Below, in pieces: positions 28,525-41,167 of a DNA stretch of 64,000 bases (the first letter of the stretch is position 1; the number at the start of each line of letters is the position of its first letter). The notes under the pieces are model-generated. The model was not told where the DNA came from. It made no database searches and saw only the letters and a program-made list of their open reading frames with translations. Origin of the DNA: Eledone cirrhosa (taxonomy: Eukaryota); contig OZ024760.1 of assembly GCA_964016885.1 (NCBI GenBank), positions 19,840,001-19,904,000 of the forward strand, given 5' to 3'. Made by a program: the position numbers and the translations under genes.

Positions 28525-29185
28525 AACAGAGAAAAGCCGGTCTGCCGTCTGCTTCTACAATGGAGGGGGAAAGGACCTTCAGAATATCCTGGCTGACCAT
28601 TTTAATTCTTTAAAGAATTTTTTTTCTTTTGAGGGGTCAATTTCTTTGGTGAACGTTTTTTAAGGTTTTGTTTACGTTTTTTTTTTTCTGATTTTATTTT
28701 TGTTCTTTGTTTTAAGAAGAAAATTTAGTGAAAACTCGAAGGAATTTATTTCAGGGTGATTTCTTTCTTTTGGTTACTTTCCCCCCATGAAGTCTGTTTA
28801 CTAAATCTGATGTTGTAGATATAAGTAGATGGAGGGGGGAGCAGTTCTATTTAGTTTCCTCACCACCCCTCTCTGTTCTTGGTGACGAGTCCCATAGAAA
28901 GGGGGGAAAGTCAGGATTGTCATATGTAAGAGAAAGATAGGGGTAAGAATGACAGAGAGAGAAGAGGCAGGATTGTCATATAGGATATAGTAAAGGGGGA
29001 GAGTTTGGTAGTAATGGATACAGAGAGAGGGAATGAGAGAGAGTGTTGTGTGGTAGATATAGAGAGGGGGAGAGTTTGGTACTAATTGATAGAGAGGGGG
29101 GATTGGAAGAGAGTTCCGTGTAGTGGATATAGAGAGGGGGAGAGTTTAGTGTTGCATCATATAGAGAGGGTTGTTGGGAGAGAGT

Positions 29186-30663
29186 CATTTCTATTTATTT
29201 GCCACCAGGGCATCAAAGATTGGGACAAATACAAAGAGGGGAGTTTACATACATTTAAAAAGACGTGTAAAAAACATAAATTAAATTTAACAATCGATGT
29301 CGTCAATAGGGAAGGGGCGTTGACGTGGGTCGCACACACCCCCGAAAACAATGTGCAACCCTCCTCTTCAGGAGCACAAAGAGCGGGTGCTCCCTTCCTC
29401 TCCTCCTTCTTCTCTTCTCTCACCTACAGGCTGATATAGAGAGAAGGCCCATTCTCGCCACTTTCATCCACCTTTCATAAAACTTGCTGGGGTAGAGCAC
29501 CTCTCTCTCCATTCTGATCCTTCCTCTAAAGTGGTACTTGAAAAAAAGGACCAGTTGTTGGCCGGAGAGAAAAGTGACTGACCTCAGCCCTTTCAACCTC
29601 GTCCACCATACAACCTCTTTCGCCATAGCTATCACACAGAGGAAAACCGCCTCTCCTTCGTTTTTGAAAGGGGGAGGCGGTTTGATCGTGACAATGTACT
29701 CGGTGGTCAACCGGATTGGTCCCACCCGCGACAGTAGTCGTTCCACATAGCCCCACAGGTCAGCAAGGCCCGGGCAGTGTACGAATGCGTGTGCGACGGT
29801 TTTCTCGTCACGCACGCATCTCGGACAGATCTTCTTCGAGGGGTCCCTACCCGGGCGCCCGTGTCTGTAGAGCTTGTCCCGAACGGGTAGAGCTCCTCGG
29901 TAGCATTGCCAAGCCAGGGACTTTTGGAAGTTGTCCATCGGTGCCGGGCCAAACGTCCTACCGAACAGACTGGCTAGCTCGTCTTCCTCCATGCCCAGAG
30001 CCTCTCCGAGAGCGTCGTCGCACTTGCTGCGCACCAACCCTCTATAGAATGTTGAGGTTGAGTCTCCACTGATTGCCGGATCCGCTTGCCAGAGGGCCGC
30101 GAGCGGTTGGGCATATTCAATGTGCCAGTCGCTCACTTTTCTCGGTCTTTGCTTGACCCAGGATAGCAGCTCGGTGAGTGAGACGAGTCTCGGAAAGGCT
30201 CGCCTCATAAACAGGGCCCACACCGGCTGACCGAGGAGGAATACCTGGAGGTGCCGCAGCCTTAATGCGTGTCTACGCATCGTCAACCACGGCCCCCCAG
30301 CCCTCCGTTCGAAGGGTGTTGACAGCAGATGGATCTTCTCACCAAAGGAGCCCGCTTCTTCCAAAGGAATCGGAAGAGCGCGCGCTCCATTTTGGCGAGC
30401 GTTTTCGCTGGGCAAGGCACGACGGTCAAGCGGTAGTAGATGACGGACGCTATATATAAGTGTTCGCCACCTCCGCTCGACCTTTCAGGGATAGTTTGCA
30501 CTCGGCCCACTTCTGGGCGAGTCCAAACACCCTGCCCGTGACCTCTTCCCAGTTTTTCTCCACCTGGAGGTCCGGTCCGAACCAGACCCCGAGCAGCTTC
30601 ACCGGTCCCTCCGTCCAGCGTCCGACGACGCCGTCGGAAGGCATCGGTTTGCCCCTCCTGCCG
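29186..30663 (-). mobile_element. 5'-truncated L1-clade (Tx1-like) LINE, ORF2 3' half with frameshifts
   Basis: VKLLGVWFG, LSLKGRAEVAN, LFRFLW, GGLG, ALPVRDKL, zinc knuckle CPRC..H...HC; GC-rich; 3'UTR ends aaataaatagaaat; inserted in a degenerate purine-rich tandem repeat (28960-29185 / 30660-30920). Confidence 0.9.
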
Positions 30664-31596
30664 TGTAGTAGATATAGAGAGAGGGAGAGTTTAGTATTGC
30701 TTGATAGAGAGAGGGGTATTGGGAGAGAGTGTTGTATGGTAGGTATAGAGAGGGGGAGAGTTCGGTGGTAATGAATAGAGTGAGAGGATGAATAGAGATA
30801 TGTATTGATAGATATAGAGAGAGGGAGAATTTGGTAGTGATGGATAGAATGAGAGGGGGAGAGTTTGTTAGTGATGGATAGAGTGAGGGGGAATGAGAGA
30901 GAGTGTTGTACGGTTGATATATTGTAAATAAACATACGTAGCTAGCCAATAAAACATGTTGTCCGTCGCGCAACCCACCAAGCAATAATAATAATAACAA
31001 CAATAATAGTAAATAAAAACAAAAGTATATTGGTTTCCAATTACCTGATATTTGGTTTCAGTCGCAGAGTTCTTCAATGGTAATTCCAAAAATCTTATCG
31101 AGATGAAGCACTGAGATGGAATTGCTTTTCCATCTATTTTAACTAACTCAATACATGCACAACCTAGGTGTATATATATATATATATATATATATAAATA
31201 TATATATATGCGCTTGTGTATATATATATATATGCGCGTGTGTATATATATATATGCGCGTATATATATAAAGATATTATATATACATATATATACATAT
31301 ATGTATATATATATATACATATATGTCTATATATTTATGCGTATATACATGTATATATATACGTATATATATGCATATATATATACGTATATATATGTAT
31401 ATATACGTATATATATGCGTATATATATGTAAATATATATATATATGCATATATATATATACATATATATATGTATATATATGTATATATATATATATAT
31501 ATACATATATATATGTATATATATATATATATATACATATATATATGTATATATATATATATATATACATATATATATGTATATATATATATATAC

Positions 31597-31683
<87 letters not shown>

Positions 31684-32249
31684 TATATACATATATATAT
31701 GTATATATACATATTTATATGTATATTTATACATATATATATATATGTATATTTATACATATATATATATATGTATATTTATACATATTTATATATGTAT
31801 ATTTATACATTTATATATGTATATTTATACATATATATATATATATATATAAGTATATATATACAAATATATATATATATATATATACACATATATATAC
31901 ATATATATATACATATACATATATATATGTGTGTGTGTGTATAGATATATATGTCCTCATACAACCATTACATAATTTAATCAAGAAAGCTGAAATAAGC
32001 ATTTGCATTAAGATTGGTTTAATATATATAAGACTATACACATACAGACACATATATATTATATATATATATATATTAGTGTGTGTGTATATATATATAC
32101 ACACATATATATCATTTGCTCCAAGCGTGAACCTAATATAACTTTATTTTTGGATCGCTCGGTTTGTATATATATATATGTATATAAATATGTGTGTGTG
32201 TGTGTGTGTGTGTTAGGTAATTACGAAGAAAGAGCAAAAGAAAAGAGAG

Positions 32250-32321
32250 TGCTCTATCTGATGAACGATCTAGACGTATATTAGTATTGTCTAGGGTCCT
32301 GAAACCTTGTGTAATGGAGTA
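32250..32321 (+). ncRNA. Type-I hammerhead ribozyme with intact core (family H2)
   Basis: Stem I ugcucuau/auggagua; CUGAUGA 32258-64; stem II gaucuagac/gucuaggguc; GAAA-C-CUUGU-G-UA, predicted cut after 32313; lies between (TG)n and (TA)n. Confidence 0.75.
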
Positions 32322-32346
32322 GCTATATATTGTGTTGTTCACTTTC

Positions 32347-32398
<52 letters not shown>

Positions 32399-32509
32399 CA
32401 TATATACAAGTCGTCAAGTATGAAATGTATAGAGATTTAGAGAAAAAATGCAAATTTCTACAAATTTCATACTTTATATTTATAAGTATATATATATATA
32501 ATTATATAT

Positions 32510-32770
32510 GTAGAGGTTATATTTAATTTGTTGGGATTCAACAAGCTTAAAAAATGTTGTAACTGATATAAAGCACTCAACAAATTAGTGACTATCCAGG
32601 AAGCTCCAACCATTAAGGTTGTCTTTTTTCCGGGTATGTCAATATTTATTTATAAAACAAATCTGTATTTTATCTGATGAAAGCGCACCATAATTTGCCT
32701 TGGTTGCCCTTTAAATATGTATAATAAAATAAATATGGTTTTATAAATATAGTTTCCATTTATTAATATA
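32510..32770 (+). mobile_element. H1 element copy with mutated hammerhead (GAAA changed to TAAA)
   Basis: Inverted tail, then tattttat ctgatga aagcgcacca..tggttgccctt taaa tatgtata ataaaata. Confidence 0.75.
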
Positions 32771-33556
32771 TTGTATAATTATAGATATATTTGTGTCTGT
32801 ATTGATGTATGTATATACAGAGAGACGGGTGTATATGAAAGCATTGACAATGTTCTAATACAGACGACACAATGTCAAATAATTTGTGTACAGAAGAAAA
32901 CCGGCTAAAAGACGACCGCAGTACTTACTTTATGGACCGCGGAAGGTAAGATAAAATAATCCGAGGGGTTACGAAGTACATTAATTAGCCTAGACATCTC
33001 TGTTTATAAAAAATGATAGAATTTCTTTATATACAGCCTCAAAAATAAATATTTGTATATAAATATATCTAAATATATCGTAAATTACGATATCCAAGTA
33101 TGTGAAAAAGAACTATTTTTTTCGTTAATTATTCAATAGTTCTCACGTTACCAATAGTTCGATTACGTAAAACAGACAATTAATTAATTAATATATCCCG
33201 TCTTGAATCTTCAATTAATTATGAAATGTAAGTTTATTAATTTGTTTTATTTCTAATTATTTTACATATATATTTATAAGAGAAATTCCCAGAGAATTGA
33301 AGAATATTCTAGCTGCAGACTTCGTACAATTAAACATTTATTTGAAACTTTATTCCGACGGGGAATTTCTTGAAATTATTAACATGGCATAAATTTGAAA
33401 ACATCAAAATATTTCTAATTCTTTCTTTAAACAATTCATACAACAAATTAAGCAAAGTTACCAATTAAAAACATCTTCTCGGTGGGTGTTTTAATAAATT
33501 TAACGATGTTTATATTCTCAGTTAAGTTGTAATATGTTGTTTTATTAAGTTTTTAA

Positions 33557-33588
<32 letters not shown>

Positions 33589-33729
33589 CTTCTACCTGGA
33601 GTTGCGACCGATAGATAGTACTAGCAACTGGAAAGACCAACGGAAACATTGTTTCCTCGGTCCAATCTATATATATATAATATTACAAATTGCTCACACT
33701 TCTTTCAGAATGAAAATATTAACAAATCT

Positions 33730-34050
33730 CACCGTGGTTATCTTTGCCTTTCATCCTAATAGGGATCGATAAAATAAAGTACCAGTAACGCACTGGGGTC
33801 GATTTAATCGATTTTCCCCTTCTCCAAAATTGTTGGCATTGTTCCTTAATCAGAAATCATTATATGTGTGGTAATATGGCAGAGAGTTACTGGCATCTTT
33901 ACATTCTGAGTTCAAACTCCGCCCTGGTTAGCTTTGCTTTTCATCCTTACAGAGGTTGATAAAATAAAGTACCAGTAATGTACTGGCTTGTTTTAATCGA
34001 CTTTCGCCTTCCCCTTCAAATTTCTGGCCTTGTATTAAATGTAGAAACTA
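33730..34050 (+). mobile_element. Two SINE family A copies (partial, diverged)
   Basis: ctttgcctttcatcct..gataaaataaagtaccagta occurs twice; B box gagttcaaact in the second. Confidence 0.8.
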
Positions 34051-34055
34051 TTATA

Positions 34056-34150
34056 CAGGGTGTCCCCCAAAAATGAATATACACTTCAACAGGCTTAAAT
34101 ATTGCCTGTACAGGTAATCAAAGTGTGTGTATATAGTTTGGGACACATTG
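34056..34150. mobile_element. Tc1/mariner-type MITE copy
   Basis: Homologous to 25723-25815. Confidence 0.7.
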
Positions 34151-34868
34151 TTTATGTGTTTACATTTTAATTCTGAAAGAATTACGAACAATTTGTAATG
34201 TTATTTATACAAATGTGAATAAAAGTTCTAATTGTATAAATGAATTGACGATTAGGACGCCTATGAATCTTTATTTTTAAAAAATTTTGAAGAATATACG
34301 CCGCCATTTGCACCTATAGAATTTTAGGAAGACATCTTGTAGAAGACACTTTTACTAACTGTCATGGTGGTCGTGGCTTTTAGTTGGCTTAACGTTTTAC
34401 CATTTACATTACTCTATATTTTCACAATAAAGGCTTTATCTGACATAATTATCGAGCTCGAGACAGACTTTAACCCTTCGATGGACTGGCGTCGTGTCTA
34501 GAGGGAAGTCTTATACTCTCAGTTACTTCATGCCACGAAAACCGAGATAAGCACCGGTCTGACAAGCCTCCAAGCTCAAGACAGACATGAGACTTGAGAC
34601 TTATATGTCTATGCAATACTCATTCACTTTGGATATTTTCACAACTCTGACGTCCAGTTCATCTTCGTGGAACACAGACGAAGGATGTGAATCCTTTCAT
34701 AACAGAAATGTAATTATACTAGACAAAAGTGAACACCTGTTTAAATATCATGTAATAAATATCTCCTAGCTTCCACTATATATAGAATGATGCTGCTAAC
34801 GGAAGATGATTAATTCTTAAATATTTAAATGGCATTAAAAAAAAAATTATTCTTCTATTTACCATCTT

Positions 34869-34907
<39 letters not shown>

Positions 34908-35172
34908 ACGTATGTATTTATATGTGTGTGTATGTATATATATATATATATATGTGTATGTATGTATTTATGTGTGTGTATGTATTTATGTGTATATATG
35001 TGTAAGTATGTATTTACATGTGTGTGTGTATGTCTATGTGTGTATGTATGTCTATATGTGTGTATGTCTATGTATATGTGTGCATATGTCTATGTATATG
35101 TGTGTATGTATATATATATACACATATATGTGTGTATGTATATATATATATATATATATGTATGTGTATATA

Positions 35173-35271
35173 CAGGGTGTCCCCAAAAAATGTATACACA
35201 CTTTGATTACCTATACAGGCAATATTTATTAGAATGGTGTTGAAGTGTGTATATATTTTTGGGACACCCTA
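35173..35271. mobile_element. Tc1/mariner-type MITE copy (opposite orientation)
   Basis: cagggtgtcccc..gggacaccct; interior is the reverse complement of the 25723 copy. Confidence 0.75.
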
Positions 35272-35281
35272 TATATATATA

Positions 35282-35319
<38 letters not shown>

Positions 35320-35325
<6 letters not shown>

Positions 35326-35762
35326 TTTATATAGACACACACACACACTCACACATGCATATATATATATTATATTATATATATACACATTTATATAGAC
35401 ACACACACACACTCACACATGCATATATATATATTATATTATATATATACACATTTATATAGACACACACACACACTCACACATGCATATATATATATTA
35501 TATTATATTATACACATTTATATAGACACACACACACACTCACACATGCATATATATATATTATATTATATATATACACATTTATATAGACACACACACA
35601 CTCACACATGCATATATATATATTATATTATATTATACACATTTATATAGACACACACACACACTCACACATGCATATATATATATTATATTATATTATA
35701 CACATTTATATAGACACACACACTCACACATGCATATATATATATATATTATATTATATTAT
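35320..35762. repeat. ~60-bp minisatellite built from micro-repeats
   Basis: acacatttatatagac(ac)n tcacacatgc(at)n tatatt repeated ~7 times. Confidence 0.85.
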
Positions 35763-35812
35763 TAGGTAACAAGAAAGTCTTGAGGGAGAGATGGACAACA
35801 GTTATAAAATAA

Positions 35813-35914
35813 TTGTTTCTACTTTTAGGCACAAGGCCAGCAATTACCCAGTGTATTACTGGTACTTTATTTTATCGACCCCGTAAGGATGAAAGGCAAA
35901 GTTAACCTCGGCGA
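35813..35914 (-). mobile_element. SINE family A 3' part
   Basis: Reverse complement of ~40825-40924. Confidence 0.85.
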
Positions 35915-35985
35915 GATAACAGTTCTAAAATAATGAAATGGTATTTAAACATTTTTATATTTCTATATTTAACATCTTTTAATTC

Positions 35986-36017
<32 letters not shown>

Positions 36018-36249
36018 TGTATATATATATTGTATATATATTGTTATATAATTCATTGGTGTTTTCAAAAATGGTGAAATTACTTTCTGATAAGGATATT
36101 TTTTAATAATACTTTCTCTCCACAGGTGATGATGTATTTATTTCATAATTTGGTTGGACAACATACCTGTTTACATACAGTCTTTCTTTGTTTACCTGTA
36201 ACTGGTATTGCTATGTGGTGTGTGTGTATGTGTGTGTGTATGTGTGACT

Positions 36250-36965
36250 ATCATCATCATCATCGTTTAACGTCCATCATTCACACTAGTATGGGTTAGA
36301 CAGTTTTGTTCCATTTGATGCGGGAATGATCGGGAGACCATGTCTCACTCATACGGAAGGGTCTCTGGCAGGTTTTTTACAGCTGGATGCCCTTCCTAAC
36401 ACCAACCACATTTACAGTGTGGACTGGGAGCCTTTTTACTGTGTCTCCTACATGACCACCTTACAGTGTGGACTGGGAGCCTTTTTACCGTGTCTCCTAC
36501 ATGACCACCTTACAGTGTGGACTGGGAGCCTTTTTACCGTGTCTCCTACATGACCACCTTACAGTGTGGACTGGGAGCCTTTTTACCGTGTCTCCTACAT
36601 GACCGCCTTACAGTGTGGACTGGGAGCCTTTTTACTGTGTCTCCTACATGACCTCTTTACAGTGTGGACTGGGAGCCTTTTTACCGTGTCTCCTACATGA
36701 CCGCCTTACAGTGTGGACTGGGAGCCTTTTTACTGTGTCTCCTACATGACCTCTTTACAGTGTGGACTGGGAGCCTTTTTACCGTGTCTCCTACATGACC
36801 GCCTTACAGTGTGGACTGGGAGCCTTTTTACCGTGTCTCCTACATGACCACCTTACAGTGTGGACTGGGAGCCTTTTTACTGTGTCTCCTACATGACCAC
36901 CTTACAGTGTGGACTGGGAGCCTTTTTACCGTGTCTCCTACATGACCACCTTACAGTGTGGACTG
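36250..36965 (-). repeat. SINE tail followed by a 49-bp minisatellite (~11 copies, 36412-36965)
   Basis: (cat)n tail, cagctggatgcccttcctaacaccaacc, then unit ttacagtgtggactgggagcctttttaccgtgtctcctacatgaccacc. Confidence 0.9.
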
Positions 36966-37659
36966 TTGTGTCATCGACACAGTGGATGGAATGGAAATGG
37001 TGTAGGGTGTGAGGGATGGGGTGTACATTGGGTTTAGAGGTCCCTACTGACTGTAGGTCTGTATGCAAAGGAAGGCTGGTCTTCTGTACAACTGCATGGC
37101 ACCAAAGATATCTGTCTATATAATGTGAAAGCTATTTGATATATTTATTTCAGAGTGTGGACAGCATACCTCTTTACATTCCCTTTTTTTATTTTACCTG
37201 TAACTGGTTAATGTGGTGTGTGTGTGTGCGTGTCTGTCTGTGTGTGTGTGTTATCTATGTGGCAGTGTCAATGTCTGTGTATTTGCAAGTGTGAGTACAA
37301 GTCTTCCACTGCTAAGGGGCGTTTGGGGTCTGAAGCCCCTCCAATAATTTGTTTCAATATAATTGTGGTTTGGTTTTTACTGATTTTCTATTGACTCTAA
37401 ATATGGTAGTAGTGGTAGCAGCAGTAATAGAACTAGTAGTGATGGTTTAAGAGGAATATGGCAACAAAATGAAAGGCATAAGAGCAATTATTTGTGAAGT
37501 AATTAGTGAAGATCTGTTGGAAATGAGATACACCTGGAATTATAATGTTGTCAACTTTAATTGAAGTTGTCATTGCATCATTATCTTTCATAATATTAAT
37601 CACTTTGCTCCTATAAATAACTTTCCTTGAATAATATGGTGAGAAAGATCTCACCACTT

Positions 37660-38035
37660 TGGCCAAATATGGTGAGAAAGGCCTTTAATTTGGCCAAATA
37701 TGGTGAGGTCTTCTACTTTGGCCAAATATGGTGAGAAAGATCTCACCACTTTGGCCAAATATGGTGAGATAGACCTCAAATTTGGCCAAATATGGTGAGA
37801 TAGATCTCAAATTTGGCCAAATATGGTGAGATAGATCTCAAATTTGGCCAAATATGGTGAGATAGACCTCAAATTTGGCCAAATATGGGAAATAGATCTC
37901 AAATTTGGCCAAATATGGTGAGATAGATCTCAAATTTGGCCAAATATGGTGAGATAAACCTCAAATTTGGCCAAATATGGGAGATAGATCTCAAATTTGG
38001 CCAAATATGGTGAGATAGATCTCAAATTTGGCCAT
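37660..38035. repeat. 31-bp minisatellite with 12 perfect CArG boxes (CCAAATATGG)
   Basis: CArG starts at 37663, 37694, 37722, 37755, 37786, 37817, 37848, 37879, 37909, 37940, 37971 and 38001. Confidence 0.95.
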
Positions 38036-38085
38036 TTACTTCCACATTCCTTTACTTCTCTCAGCTATATATGTATACACACTTC

Positions 38086-38133
<48 letters not shown>

Positions 38134-38313
38134 ATATGTATGTGTATGTATATATGAGTATATATGTATGTATATATGTATGTGTATGTATATATGAGTA
38201 TATATATATATGTATGTGTATGTATATATGAGTATATATATATATATGTGTGTGTGTATATATATGTGTATATATATATGTATGTATATATATATATATA
38301 TGTGTGTGTGTGT

Positions 38314-38542
38314 ATCATCATCATCATCATCACCGTTTTACATCCGTTCTTCCATGCTAGCATGGGTTAGACGGGTTGTCCTGTTTGTGGGCAGTGTCTG
38401 GTCGGCTGACCATGCCTTGCTCATACAGGAACTGATTTTGGCTTCATTTCTACAGCTGGATGCCCTTCCTAACACCAACCTCATTTACAGTGAGTGCTGG
38501 GTGCTTTTTTCCGTGGCGCCTACACGTCCACTTTACAGTGTG
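38314..38542 (-). mobile_element. SINE B-related 3' fragment
   Basis: (cat)n tail plus tttctacagctggatgcccttcctaacaccaacctcatttacagtgagtgc. Confidence 0.8.
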
Positions 38543-39365
38543 TATATATATACCGGTAATACGTTATATACTTTATATACATTATAAAACTTTTTTTAAA
38601 AAGAATTGTCCCTCTCATCTTTTCAATAATGTCACTTTGACGAATCAAAGAAAGGATAAAAAAAGGAAAACAGACCCTTAAATATATTTTCCGTGCAATT
38701 TCCAACTTCACCTTTTCTCTATATATATATTTATATATATATATGTATATATGTATAAAACTTTCTTTATTACTTGTCAATATTGGTGATGTGTGCTTCA
38801 TTTATTTACCCTCATGCCATATGCCCCTACTCCACACGCCTCACACACCACACTCTACCACCAGCACCACCAACACCACCACCACCACCACTACCATCAA
38901 CACCACCACTACCATCAACACACCAACACCACCACCACTACCACCACCAACACCACCACCACTACCACCACCAACACCAACACCACCACCACCACCAACA
39001 CCACCACCAACACCACCACCACCACCATCATCAACACCACCACTACCATCATCACCATCATCAACACTATAGTGCCATTTCTGCCAGGACAATCTATTTG
39101 AGATTCTTTGCACATTCCTGGCAACTTTCACATCACAAAATAGACTTCCAACTTTATTCATATATATACACATATACATACATACATTATATATATATAT
39201 ATACATACACACATACACATACACACACTATATGTATGTGTATATATACACATACATATATATATATATACACATACATATATATATATATATACATACA
39301 TATATATATATATATATATACACATACATATATATATATGTATACACACATATATATATATGTAT

Positions 39366-39424
<59 letters not shown>

Positions 39425-39425
<1 letters not shown>

Positions 39426-39610
39426 GACGTGGTAGAGGTAGACCACGAAAAACATGGGCGGAGGTGGTGAGAACAGACCTCAGATCGTTGAAGCTCACGG
39501 TGGAGATGACGAAGGACCATGACGAGTGGAGAGATGCTGTGCTGAATAAGACCCGTCCCACCCTTGCGAGCAGGGAAGAACGGACGTAAAATGATGATGA
39601 TGATGATGAT
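39425..39610 (+). mobile_element. RTE-clade LINE 3' end
   Basis: [30 protein letters not shown], then cccgtcccacccttgcgagcagggaagaacggacgtaaaa(tga)n. Confidence 0.9.
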
Positions 39611-39640
39611 ATATATATGTATACACATTTATATATACAT

Positions 39641-39673
<33 letters not shown>

Positions 39674-40214
39674 CATGCATACATATGTCCATATTGGCAC
39701 ATCACAAAAAAACAGTCACAAACACATACACAAACACACACAACTATACACACCTACACACACAGGTTACTTTAACACACACAACCACACACCTACACAC
39801 ACAGGTTACTTTAACACACACAACCACACACCTACACACACCGGTTACTTTATTTACCTGGCATTTTTGTTTTTGCAGTAAAAAACAATAAACCAGCTCC
39901 AATATTTTTACGTAAATCCAATGATGAAAATATCTTCAATATTTGGCAATTTCTTCCTCACTCTAATCCAGCAGGCTGTCAAACTTCCAAAATTTATACA
40001 TTTATACACATACAAACATGTGTGTATATATATGTGTGTGTGTGTGTGCAGTAATGCAGAAGAACCACCTTCCCCATGTTACATGGGTCGAAGAATACAT
40101 CTAGTACTGTTTAGTATTCACAATATTTTGTGCACCCTTCACTAGCTATGTGTCCCACTCTAGACCTACCTCTCTAATCCCCACCCTACAAAAATGCACC
40201 TCCCCCAGCACTTG

Positions 40215-40470
40215 ATCCACACTGTAAAGTGGTTGTTTTGGTGCCATGACAAATAGCACCCAGTACACACTGTAAAGTGGTTGTGTTGTGACAAAAACGC
40301 CCAGGTGATGCTGCAAAGTGTTTTTGGTGCCATGACAAATAGCACCCAGTACACACTGTAAAGTGGTTGTGTTGTGACAAAAACGCCCAGGCGATGTTGC
40401 AAAGTGTTTTTGGTGCCATGACAAATAGCACCCAGTACACACTGTAAAGTGGTTGTGTTGGTGTCATGAC
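40215..40470. repeat. Short tandem (~90-bp dimeric unit) of the 48/49-bp module
   Basis: cactgtaaagtggttg..ggtgccatgacaaatagcacccagta repeated 3 times. Confidence 0.85.
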
Positions 40471-40743
40471 ATTCACCACCGACAAATGCGAGAAAATTCT
40501 CCAGAAAGTTAACCAGGATTTTAAAAACCTTACCACCGAAGTTAACAAAGAACTTATTAAATCTAAAAACAAAATTTTTAAATTATAGAATTAAATTGTT
40601 ATAGAATACCAACTACAAGTGAAGTCATTCTTTTCCTTCTTTTCAAATATACCTAACTGTACCCAAGGCCAGGTTGGTAACTAAAGGGTTAACCAAACAC
40701 CCATCTATGAGCAACATATGTAAAAACATTATGACACTTGAAG

Positions 40744-40924
40744 GGCAGTGAATTGGCAGTATCGGTGGAGGGTCGGACATGCTTTCCAGCATAGTTACGT
40801 CCCTTTACAATCTGAGTTCAAATCCCGCCGAGGTTAACTTTGCCTTTCATCCTTACGGGGTCGATAAAATAAAGTACCAGTAATGTACTGGGTAATTGCT
40901 GGCCTTGTGCCTAAAGTAGAAACA
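40744..40924 (+). mobile_element. Full-length SINE family A (tRNA head, Meta-like central domain) with 16-bp TSD
   Basis: TSD attatgacacttgaag at 40728-40743 and 40925-40940; B box gagttcaaatc; gcctttcatcc..ggggtcgataaaataaagtaccag resembles the MetaSINE domain (recalled). Confidence 0.9.
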
Positions 40925-41167
40925 ATTATGACACTTGAAGATGGCTGGAAAATACACCAGTTGAACAGTTGTGCAAAACAATTTATAAAATAGCCAAAGA
41001 TGAGATTATTGAGATCAATATGAGTAGATTATGAGGGTGGTTTCCATAAAACTTATTGATTTTTAACAAACAAATCATTCAAAAGTGAAATCTGATAAAA
41101 TGTATTTATGTTAACTGTTCTGTGTAGTGGTTAGCAATAACTCTTTTGGAAATTTAGAGTACTGTCT

